64,000 nt of DNA from Eledone cirrhosa (taxonomy: Eukaryota), in NCBI GenBank assembly GCA_964016885.1, contig OZ024760.1, forward strand, positions 20,212,001-20,276,000, read 5' to 3'. Positions 28,808 through 40,630 of the stretch are shown piece by piece (position 1 is the first letter of the stretch; every line of letters begins with the position of its first letter). A program made the position numbers and the translations under genes. The notes below the pieces were generated by a model. The model was given only the letters and a program-made list of their open reading frames with translations, had not been told where the DNA came from and made no database searches.

Positions 28808-29386
28808 TCTATATATATAAAACTGAGGATGTCTGTCTGTGTGTGTGTTGAGTCCCTAAAACTAGAGAACCACCCAACCGACTGTTTTCAAACTTTATAC
28901 ATGTAATACTTATGTTTCAGGGAATGTTCTGAGCCCAAAAATGTTCAATGCCCAAGGGACCGCATTAGGCGATTTAGCGATCTCTCTCTATAATTCTTAG
29001 TCTTTCTCTTTTTAGATAGATACATACATATAACGTCGCGCCCTTGTAATATCTGTCTGTATGTCTGGCTGTCTGAATTACGTCACTTCCTACAATTCGC
29101 TCTGCGTCCAGAACGTGCCCTTATAATATCTCTGTATGTCTGGCTGTCTGCTACCTCCGGTTAATTGCCACCCTTGTTCAAGACAAATCTCACACTCATT
29201 CCCCCAAACAGTTGGTAAGTGCACACAACTTCTTCCTCACGTTTTAAGCCACAGTGTTGCTTACTTACGTACCACCAGACCCTTACTTCTTTGCCAGCCG
29301 TAATTGTGGCAACACTAAGCTTAGCTTAGGCGGTTATATATATTTCACAATACCTTATCCCGTGCAACGCCGGATACCACTGCTAG
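28808..29386 (+). mobile_element. Non-autonomous Helitron-like element (relative 39360-40131; 5' end fragment on - at ~8900-8940)
   Basis: Starts TCTATATATATAAA + (gtct)n, ends ccgtgcaacgccgg...gCTAG before T; same termini at 39361 and 40131. Confidence 0.65.
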
Positions 29387-29580
29387 TACATAATAAATTG
29401 TGTTCCGATGCATCACTGATTCTTCGTTTTCCATATATATATATATATATATATGTAGGAGGTGAGTTTTATTGTAGTACAATAAAGCAATGCAGATATC
29501 GGATAAGAAGCACTCTACAGTTTGTAGGACTGGAGTATACATAATATATAAGATCAAAAGATGGTTAAAAGAGTTCCATG

Positions 29581-29651
29581 TATTTTATTATGCGCATTTC
29601 AAAAACAAATATCATCATGCAATAACATTTGTGTTTTCATCAGATAAAATA
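29581..29651 (-). ncRNA. Hammerhead ribozyme motif with adjacent inverted partial copy (29675-29720)
   Basis: TATTTTAT-CTGATGA-long paired stem II-GAAA-TGCGCA-TA-ATAAAATA; 8-bp stem I, palindromic stem III. Confidence 0.75.
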
Positions 29652-29718
29652 GGAGGACATGATATGAAGGTTAAATGCGCATAATACATGGAACTCATTT
29701 AACCATCTTTTGATCTTA

Positions 29719-29762
<44 letters not shown>

Positions 29763-29828
29763 ATATATATATTGGGTCGTCAGGTATGAAATTTGTGTTT
29801 TTTCTACAAATTTCATACTTGACGACCC

Positions 29829-29864
<36 letters not shown>

Positions 29865-29868
<4 letters not shown>

Positions 29869-29962
29869 GTCCAAAATAAATGTATACACACTTTGATTAC
29901 CTGTACAACCAATGTTTATTAGAATGCTGTTGAAGTGTGTATACATTTTTTGGGACACCCTG
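29865..29962. mobile_element. Tc1/mariner-like MITE (copy 45626-45726; fragments ~3790-3860, ~13945-13970)
   Basis: TIR cagggtgtcccaaaaaatgtataca-like at both ends. Confidence 0.65.
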
Positions 29963-31195
29963 TGTAACCCATGCAAGCGTGGAAGAACGGACGTAAAACG
30001 GTGATGATGATGATACATATAATATATATATATATACACACATGCATATATATATGTGTGTGTGTGTATTTTATTAATACCGTTCTATACGACCGTTTCA
30101 ATGTTGTGTAAGACTGCCAACATTGGTCTCAATTATCTTCAATACAACATACATAGCAAAGGGACAAGGTTGAAAGAAGTGGTGGTGGCGGTGGTGGTGG
30201 TGGTGGTGGTAGTGGTGATGGTAAGTGGTAGTAGTGGTGGTGGTAGTAACAGGTTCTTGAGTTGTGACCTTTCATGCTGGGAACCAACATTGGAAGGATG
30301 TAAACAAACTTTATATCTCTTAAAAGAATCTTTTTTACTTTCAGTGTTGTTAGTTATAAATATAACAACTCTACCCATACGCACACATACATGCATTCTT
30401 ACACTAACACATGCATACACACATACATGCTTACATACACACACACACATACACACACGTACATATGTTTGTGTGTGTGTTGCATTCCTCTGAAAGGAAG
30501 AACTCGGGACAGAAATACATGTGGCCAACATCAAACTCATCATGCTGGAGTTTGTAACAACACACACACATACACATATATATATATATAAACACACACA
30601 CACATATATATATAAACACACACACACATATATATATATAAACACACATATATATATATAAACACACGCACACATATATAAACACACACATATATATAAA
30701 CAACACACACACATATATAAATATACATACACATATTTATAAATATACACACATATTTATAAATATACACACATATATATAAATATACATACACATATAT
30801 ATAAATATACATACACATATATATAAATATACATACACATATATATAAATATACATACACATATATATACACAGAAACATACATACAAGATGCTTCATTT
30901 CACTTTACTTTTCTTGACAGGACTCCCCCAACACCACCAAACATTAAAACACAAGAAACTTCCTAGAAGATAGGAGAACCTTGTTAAGAGGTGAGCTGTA
31001 ACACATAATATATGAGAGACAGACATTATATTAGAGAAACATAGTATTTTGTTCATACATATAAAGCGGTTTGGAAGAAACGATTGTCAGCAATAAAATG
31101 TATTAAACATAGTTTTCATTGTTCTGTACTTTATATATATAAAGCATATAATATTTTAGAAAAAGTACATACTTTATGGTATTATGTGTGTGTGT

Positions 31196-31230
<35 letters not shown>

Positions 31231-31805
31231 CTGTCCCACTACCCCCACCTCATCCACACCACCCCCTTTCAATGTAAAGTTATGTTGGTACCACAACATC
31301 CAGTCCAAAATAAATGAGGTCGTGTAGGTGTCACAACAAAAAAACACAGTCCACGCTGTAATGTGGCCGTGTAGGCAACACGGTAAAAACCTCCCAGTCC
31401 ACACTGTAAACGTGGTTGGTGTTAGGAAGGGCATCCAGCCGTAGAAAACCCGCCAGACAGTCCTATGCGAGCAAGACAACCACTCTTGCCTCAAGTGGGA
31501 AAACTCCCGTCCAAACCCATGCTAGCGTAGAAGATGGACGTTAAACGATGATGATGGTGATGATGATATATATATATATATGAAGGTGCATAGCTGAGTG
31601 GTAAGAGAATTGGATTCACAATCGTGAGGTTGTGAGTTCAATTCCTGTACCAAGCGATGCGTTGTCTTTGAGCAAGACACTTTATTTCACGTTGCTCCTT
31701 CTTCCTGGACTTGCAACTGGTAGATAGTATTGGCAATTGGAAAGACCAATGGAAACATTGTTTCCTTGGTCCGATTTGACGAGGTCTCAGATCTTGTCAA
31801 TATAC

Positions 31806-31874
<69 letters not shown>

Positions 31875-31980
31875 AAGGGGTATATATATATATAATTAGA
31901 CATAGTCACAGATACATATATGAGTTTGGCGAGGAGAGGAAATACTGTATATATTTTATCTAATAGTTCTTCAAACTTGC

Positions 31981-32032
<52 letters not shown>

Positions 32033-33181
32033 CTTAAAGTATGTACTTTTACCTAAGTTATTATATATATTCAAAATAGGGAGTGCACAGGACAAAGACA
32101 ACGATAAAAAAAACAATGGAAAGACAGACAGTCCCATCTCTTCAGCCAACCTCTAGAAATCACTACAGTTTCAGTCCATTAAGGTTGACACCATTCATTC
32201 CAGTGCACTACAATTAGAATAGAAGAAAGCTAGATTCCAATATATTCCTTTAATATTACATAATAACACATTATGTATTGGTGTAACATTAAAGAAATGT
32301 ACTGGAATCTGGCTTTATTGTATTTTCATTGAAGTATTTACCTCCGTTCCTGCACCAACCATGAGATACCACATCTATGATGTATGATACACATAACGTG
32401 GAGTGCTTTTACTTATTACCCCACAATCTGCTAATTGAAATTACTAAATCTAACCCATCCAACATAAATGGTTGACTGAATAGGCACGTGTTTCCCCCAC
32501 CCCCGTTCTTTCCTCTTTTCACTCTTTTTTATCTTTCTATTTATCTTCTATTTCTAACTCTATCTTTTGATGAAGGACTAGTGTATGAAACGTTAAAGCT
32601 CTTTTCCTGCCATTTCAAGTGTTAAACTAATATATTTCTTCATTGTACTGTGTTGTTTGCTTTGTTATTACTGTTTACCTTTTACACACACACACACTCT
32701 CATATACACACACACACACACTTATATATATATATATATATACTCTGCTTTTCTTAAATATAAAGTAGTAAGTGGAATAATGGTTTTACTGGTATTGACT
32801 AGTAATACGGCACTTTCACACACCTACGCACACATATAGCCACACACACCTACACACTCACATCACATACTCACATACTCACATACACACATATACACAT
32901 ATACATACATACACACTCACATACATACACACACCTACAGACTGATATACCCACACACACACCTACACACTGATATACCCACACACACACCTACACACTG
33001 ATATACCCACACACACACCTACACACTGATATACCCACACACACACCTACACACTGATATACCCACACACACATATTCATATATATTATTATATCTCCAC
33101 GCTAGCTATAAGTTAATTGTCTAACTGGTCTTAACTAGTAACGCTCACACACATATATACACACACTCAGTCACACATATT

Positions 33182-33219
<38 letters not shown>

Positions 33220-33996
33220 GAACTCCTATACCCCCCACCCCTGTTCTAGAGATAATCGCCCCCAACCCATTTACCTAACAATAATCCTGCCAATGAAACT
33301 ATTGATCTGTTTTTTGTATTGATTTCTTAAAGCTTATCTCTACCTTGTGGTGGTAGTGGTGTGGGCAGTGATAGTGGTGGTGTGGGCAGTGGTAGTGGTG
33401 TGGGAAGTGGTGGTGGTGGTGTGGGCAGTGGTGGTGGTGGTGTGGGTAGTGGTAGTGGTGTGGGCAGTGATAGTGGTGGTGTGGGCAGTGGTAGTGGTGT
33501 GGGAAGTTGTGGTGGTGGTGTGGGCAGTGGTGGTGGTGGTAGTGGTGTGGGCAGTGGTGGTGTGGGCAGTGGTGGTGGTGGTAGGGGTGTGGGCAGTGGT
33601 TGTGGTGGTAGTGGTGTGGGTGGTGGTGGTGTGGTTGTGGTAGAGTGGAGATGGTGGTGGTAGTAGTAGTAGTAGTGGAGGTGGTGTTTCTATTGATAAG
33701 GTAACTAAGTCACCTAAATACCTGGTGAGTAATTAATATTAACACCTCCTCCACCATCATATCTATTGCTATAGCTGTGTGTGTGTGGTTGTCATTGGTG
33801 TTGTGTGTGGGGGTATGTATATATATATATATATATCTTGCTAGAGATGTGTGTGTGTCTTTATACTTGTGTGAATGAGTGTTTCTGTGTAGTTATTGTG
33901 TGTGTGTGTGTGTACTATTTATGGAGTATAACAAAACTAGCAACAATTTATTTAGTTCCTTATTGTTATTATTGAAGATTTAATGAGTGTCAAGTG

Positions 33997-34575
33997 TTAC
34001 TTCCACCTACAGATGTAATGAGTGTGCCACAACAGTTGAATCTTACTTCCACCTACAGATGTAATGAGTGTGCCACAACAGTTGAGTCTTACTTCCACCT
34101 ACAGATGTAATGAGTGTGCCACAACAGTTGAGTCTTACTTCCACCTACAGATGTAATGAGTGTGTCACAACAGTTGAGTCTTACTTCCACCTACAGATGT
34201 AATGAGTGTGTCATAACAGTTGAGTCTTACTTCTACCTACAGGTGTAATGAGTGTGTCACAACAGTTGAGTCTTACTTCCACCTACAGATGTAATGAGTG
34301 TGTCACAACAGTTGAGTCTTACTTCCACCTACAGATGTAATGAGTGTGTCACAACAGTTGAGTCTTACTTCCACCTACAGGTGTAATGAGTGTGTCACAA
34401 CAGTTGAGTCTTACTTCCACCTACAGGTGTAATGAGTGTGTCACAACAGTTGAGTCTTACTTCCACCTACAGGTGTAATGAGTGTGCCATAACAGTTGAG
34501 TCTTACTTCGACCTACAGATGTTATGAGTGTGCCATAACAGTTGAGTCTTACTTCCACCTACAGATGTAATGACT
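33997..34575. repeat. 46-bp minisatellite, 13 units
   Basis: ttacttccacctacagatgtaatgagtgtgtcacaacagttgagtc. Confidence 0.95.
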
Positions 34576-36427
34576 ATTGCAACAGTTGAGCTTAGTTCAA
34601 GTGGTGGTGGTGGTGGTGGTGGTGGCCATAATGGTCATGGTGGTGGTTGTGGCAAGAAAAGCTGAGCAAAGGAAAACTCACAAAACAGACACAAAGAATT
34701 TCCTTATTCTGTTGAGAGAAACAGTCCCCACCCCCACCTCCACCGGGGGGGGGGGGGGGGTTCAGTCTCTTGGGGTGGGGGGTAACATTTCCAAGACAAT
34801 ATCAAATTCTTCATCTTGGGGTATTTAGTAACTGGCGCCTTCCTCTCTTTCTGCCTGTATCTCTCTCTCTTCCTCCTCCACCACTCACCCCTCCGCCTCC
34901 ACCACTCACCCCTCCCCCTTCACATCTTCCTTAAACTAACACTTGGAACAGACACCCTCTCTCTCCTCACTGCACACTCAACATAGCTCCCCACACACAC
35001 GACTTAACTCCCCCCCCACACACAACATAGCCCCCCCCCCACACAACTTAACTCCCCCCACACACAACATAGCCCATCCCCACCCACCCCACACACAACA
35101 GAGGTAATGACAGCTGGAATTATTTGTTGGAATGAAATTTACATAATGCCCCCCCCCTTCTCTTCCTTCCTCTCCAGCTAAAAATCTCACACCTCCCTGT
35201 CACACCCTCTCCCTACCACCACCATCACTATTGCTGACACCATCACTCCTGCCACTACTACCACAACTAACACCACCACCACTACTACTATCACCAACAC
35301 TAATCACCACCACCACTACTACTATCACCAACACTAACCACCACCACCACCACTACTACTACTACTACTACCACCACCACCACTACTATTACTACTACCA
35401 CCACCACCACCACCACTACTATTACTACTACCACCACCACCACTACTACTATCACCAACACTAACCACCACCACCACTACTACTACTACCACTACCACTA
35501 CTACTACCACCACCACCACTACTACTACTACCACTACCACTACTACTACCACCACCACCACTACCACTACTATTACTACTACCACCACCACCACTACTAT
35601 TACTACTACTACCACCACCACCACCACTACTACTATCACCAACACTAACCACCACCACCACCACTACTATTACTACTACTACTACCACCACCACCACCAC
35701 TACTACTATCACCAACACTAACCACCACCACCACCACCACTACTACTACTACCACCACCACCACCACCACTACTACTACTACCACCACCACCACTACTAC
35801 TACTACCACCACCACCACTACTACTATCACCAACACTAACCACCACCACCACTACTATTACTATTTTCAGCCAGTCATCAAAAATCTTGCTGAACCAACA
35901 GTTTTCACAACCCCCCCCCCCTCCCTCCTCTCTTTCCTGGTTTTAGGATTCCGTTTCATTTGTTCCAAATTCTTCAACTCCAACATTGAAGGGACATAAT
36001 TTGACAGTTTACAGTCTACGTACCTCTCTCTTTCTCTCTCCTCTTCATCACCTCTCCTCATTCTTTATTTTCTCTTTCTCTATTTTCCTTTCTTCTTCCT
36101 CTCTCGTTATATGCGTCTCCTCTTTTTCTCTCTCCCTTTTATCAGGGGCGAAGGGTCCGTGCATGCAGTGCATGCGTTATAGAATCTTGAGTTGATCAAT
36201 TGCATTGGTTGAAGCAAGCAGAATTTTGACTGCTTACTAAATCGTAGACACATAAAAAGATAACACACACACACACACTAGATAACACTACATGCGGCTT
36301 TGACCGGGAGGGTCATTTAGAGGGAATTGTGGGGGGGGGGGTAAGACTGCACAGCCCTACTTTCCGCCATGGAGATTGGACTGCATGCCCTGCTTTCCAG
36401 GTTACCCTTCGCCACTGCCTTTTATTT

Positions 36428-36760
36428 ACATGGCTTAGTGGTTAGAGCATTGGCCTTGCAATCGAAAGGTTGTGAGTTCAATGCTCAGACCGGGTGATGT
36501 GTTGTTTCCTTGAGCAAGACACTTTATTTCACATTGCTCCAGTTTACTCAGCTGTAGAAATGAGATGATAGGGACTGGGGTCCCTATCATTCCACTGCAA
36601 AGTGGTCGTGGAGGTGCCACGGCAAAAAAGCACCCAGCACTCACTGTAAATGAGGTTGGTGTTAGGAAGGGCATCCAGCTGTAGAAATCAAGCCAGAATC
36701 AGTTCCCGTCCCACCCTTGCAAGCTGAGGAAAAAAGCGGACGTAAAATGAAATGATGATA
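36428..36760 (+). mobile_element. SINE family B with RTE-derived tail (copies 45285-45615 -, 50435-50745 -)
   Basis: Same head/core; 3' part shared with 5040-5255. Confidence 0.8.
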
Positions 36761-37849
36761 TATATAAATTCAGCGAGAATCGTATTTTGGCAGGTAGAAA
36801 TAAGCAAAACTCAATTTCCTATATATATATATATATATATATATGTAGTTAAATATTAGACAGGAACAAAAAACAGAGAGGCAGTACAAATGGTAGTTTA
36901 TTAGGTTCACGAATATATATATATAATATAAAATATATATATATAATATAAAACGAAAAATCGGTGATGCATCTGAACTCAATTTATTGTGTGTTACAAT
37001 TGTTACGCCAGCGGACAGCTCGAGACGCGGTCATTGTGTGGATCTGTCAGACTCTGGACCTGCGGGCTCGTCGGACACTTCCAATGCTTTCAGAGCAAAT
37101 TCTTTCATTCTTTTATATTCTATCATACTCTGCTCTGTAAGAGCATAGAGTGCTCAACTGGCATACCACCTATGGAAGCATCTTAGCTACCATCAGACAC
37201 ACACATATATATAAAATTATAAGTTTGAAGAATAGTCAAACAAATCTTTGAATTGAGAGATCACAGCTCCGATACTATGGACATGTGATTAGAATGTTTT
37301 AGGAAAGAATCGCTGGACAATTTTATCGGCGAAACCAACCGGCAAGTTATATATATCCCACTCTCTCTCTGAGTCTCTCCCTAAACTCAGGGATGTTATC
37401 CAACCAGCTTGCACGGGGTCTACCCCTGAGTCTCTTGCCGGTTGGTTTTGCCCGTAAAATTGTCCAGTGATTCTTTCCTGTGACATTCTAACCACATGTC
37501 CATAGTATTGGAGCTGTGATCTCTCAATTCAGAGAAGTAGTAGCTCTACCTGGAGTGACTTTCTGATCTCTGAGCTACGCAATCTGTCGAGTAACATTAC
37601 TCCAAGGACCCTTCAGATGAAGCCCCATTTTGGCCGCTTGTATTCATGACCATAGGAAAGGGGTGGCACAAAAACCAAATTAAAGACAGCGAGTTTATCT
37701 TTTACCCCTACCTCCTTCTTCTGATTACTGAATGCTGAAGAATTCATAGTCAAAATTACTGTATTTTTATTGTCAAAATTGTAACTAGACAAGATTATTG
37801 TACTTTAGGGCGGTGGATTGGCAAGATTATTGTACAAGATTATTGTACT

Positions 37850-38040
37850 TTAGGGCGGTGGATTGGCAGTATCGGTAGAGGGTCGGACGCCATGCTTTCC
37901 AGCATAGTTACGTCCCTTTATGATCTGAGTTCAAATTCCGCCGAGGTTAACTTTGCCTTTCATCCTTACGGGGTCGATAAAATAAAGTACCTGTAATGTA
38001 CTGGGTAATTGCTGGCCTTGTGCCTAAAGTAGAAACAATT
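37850..38040 (+). mobile_element. SINE family A copy
   Basis: Full-length match to 497-685; duplicated 5' end at 37790-37850. Confidence 0.85.
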
Positions 38041-38412
38041 ATTGTACTTTAGTAGCTGTTGTACTTCTGTCTATTTTAGTTTCTTTGATAGAATAAAAAT
38101 GTCCATCTTGTGTCCATTTGGAGTCCGTCTTCAGTCCATCTGGAGTCCTTCTTGTGTCCACCTTGTGTCTGTCTGGTCATTAAGAGAAGTTGATGTAAGT
38201 AGGAATCAACAGGAAGTCAGTGTTTATGCTTAACAAAAATTAGGACAGTTGTCTTGGGTGGAGGTACAGTGGGGTGGGGTTGGGGTGAGTACTGGTAGAT
38301 GCACAGATAGGAAAATATAAAATTGTATGATAATATCTTGTAATGTATGTATGTGTGTGTGTGTGTGTGTATATATATTTGTATGTGTGTGTGAAGGAAA
38401 AAGCACAAAAAC

Positions 38413-38452
<40 letters not shown>

Positions 38453-39316
38453 AATGTATGTGTGTGTGTGTTAATATTTAAGATTAAATAAAATAAAATA
38501 ACAGTTGCCCTAGATTCTAGAATATATTTTCTGCTGAGTAATATAATTACAATCTTAAAGTTACAGTCTTAGTTTCTTTCATTTTGTTTTCCACATCGTC
38601 CACCTCTTTCTATCGCTGTAAGTACAACTGAGCACTGTACACAATAACTCCATTATCATTGTTCCCCTCTTTCTATCCTTCCTCTCTTACAATCATATAT
38701 TTCTTTATTCTGGAATTTCTTTCTTTTTCGATTTCCTTCCGTATTTCGTTGTTTTCCATTTATTTATATTATTCTACATCTATCCATTGTAATTCTTTCC
38801 CATTCTTTCTCGCCTTAAAATCTGCCAATTACCTGTCTTCCACTGTCGCCTGTCTTCCACTGTCGCCTGTCTTCCACTGTCGCCTGTCATCCCTGTCACC
38901 TGTCATCCCTGTCACCTGTCTTCCCTGTCGCCTGTCTTCCAATGTCACCTGTCGTCCCTGTCTTCCAATGTCACCTGCCGTCCCTGTCTCCCAATGTCAT
39001 CTGTCCCCACCCCACCTCTGACACAGCCCCTACCCCTCTTGTACAGATTTCTACAATCCAACCTACTATTTCATTACATTAGTGTGTGTCTGTCTGTGTG
39101 TTTTTACAGCTGTATGAAGTGTTGTGAAGTTTGAGACATTTCCACATGTCTGAATTAAACATTGTTTTCATCATTAGAATGACAGACTAGTTATATATTA
39201 TATTATATTATAATATAACCATCATCATCATCACCAGCATTTAACGTATGTCATGTGCATTTGTAAATTTATTTTTGATCTGTAACTTTGTAGATGGTGA
39301 TGGCACTATGCCTTAA

Positions 39317-39349
<33 letters not shown>

Positions 39350-40194
39350 ATTAGTTAAGTGTATATATAAAATTCTCTGTCTGTCTCCTTATGCATTCTC
39401 AAATGGCTCGACCAAATCAAATCAAATTTTACAAGGTGTTAGACCCCGGGATTAACATGTAATTTTTATTTTCATTTGGATTAAAACAATATAATATTTT
39501 AACTAAAATATTCTACTATAGTCAACTATAAGTAAACAACATTTTATAACACGATGACGTCACATTTTGTATATGAGTGTGTATGTGTCTGTGTGTTTGC
39601 ACGTTTGTTACATACATTAGGCCTTAGTAAGTTACATATACATACATCTTCACGTAAATATTTAATCAGATACACACAGAATTAAACACACACACACATC
39701 TACACACACAAATTCAATCTCACATACACTCACTCATATAAGAGGCTTCAGTTACCAGTCAAACTAAGTTTTGTTATTTCAATTAACAAATCTCTGGGTC
39801 AATCCCTCAAAGTAGTTGGAGTTGATCTCTCTATTACATGTTTCTCCCACAGTCAATTCTCTGTTGGTTGCTCACAAGTTGGAAGCAGCAGCAGTTTATT
39901 CATTTGCACACGAACAAAAAATTACACAATGAATATTGTTTACCCTGAGGTGCTTCAAGATTGACAGATTTTTATTTCTAAATTCTATTATCATTACAAT
40001 TTTGATATATTTTTTATAAAATGTAGATATTTTGAAATAATTATGAGAAAAATAATATATCTCCATATTTATTGTTTACTAATCTGAATAAGAACAGCAA
40101 TAACCTAGGCAACGCCGGGTCATTCAGCTAGTATATATATATAAATATCGCAAGGTTATGTAAAATATATGTATAATGTTAAGTTAAAGTCTGT

Positions 40195-40455
40195 CTCAAG
40201 CTCTGAGGCTCACCGGGCCAGTACTTATCCCAGTTTCTATGGCATGAAGTGACTGAGAATACAAGACTCTCCCCCCTGGACAGGACGCCAGTCCATCACA
40301 GCTATTGCTGGTACTTATTTTCAGCTGAGTATACTGGAGCAATGTGAAATGAAGTGTTTTGCCCAATATACAACAGACAACCCTGTCCAGGAATCGAACC
40401 CATGACATTATGATTGTAAGTCCAACACCCTTACCACTAAGCCATGCACCTCCAC
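40195..40455 (-). mobile_element. SINE family B, tail type 4 (copy 54140-54380)
   Basis: Same head/core on -; tail ggactggcgtcctgtccaggggg. Confidence 0.7.
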
Positions 40456-40630
40456 TCCCTCATTTAAAATCTCAATTATATTTTATACTAAATTTTAAAG
40501 GTTTTATTTGTTTCTTACTATTTCTTTTTTTTTTTATTATTAATATTATTAATATTATTTCAGCCTGCAAAATGGAAAAACTGGTCATGCCACCTGACCG
40601 TCAGAGAGGTTGGGCCGTCTCTTGAGCCTC

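Noticed and set aside
33997-34575. CRISPR-like appearance of regular repeats (also 15673-16030, 59385-59730)
   Set aside because: No unique spacers, no cas genes, eukaryotic context.
40610-40630. ORF-track start at 40610
   Set aside because: It is a TTG; in a eukaryote the first in-frame ATG is 40631.
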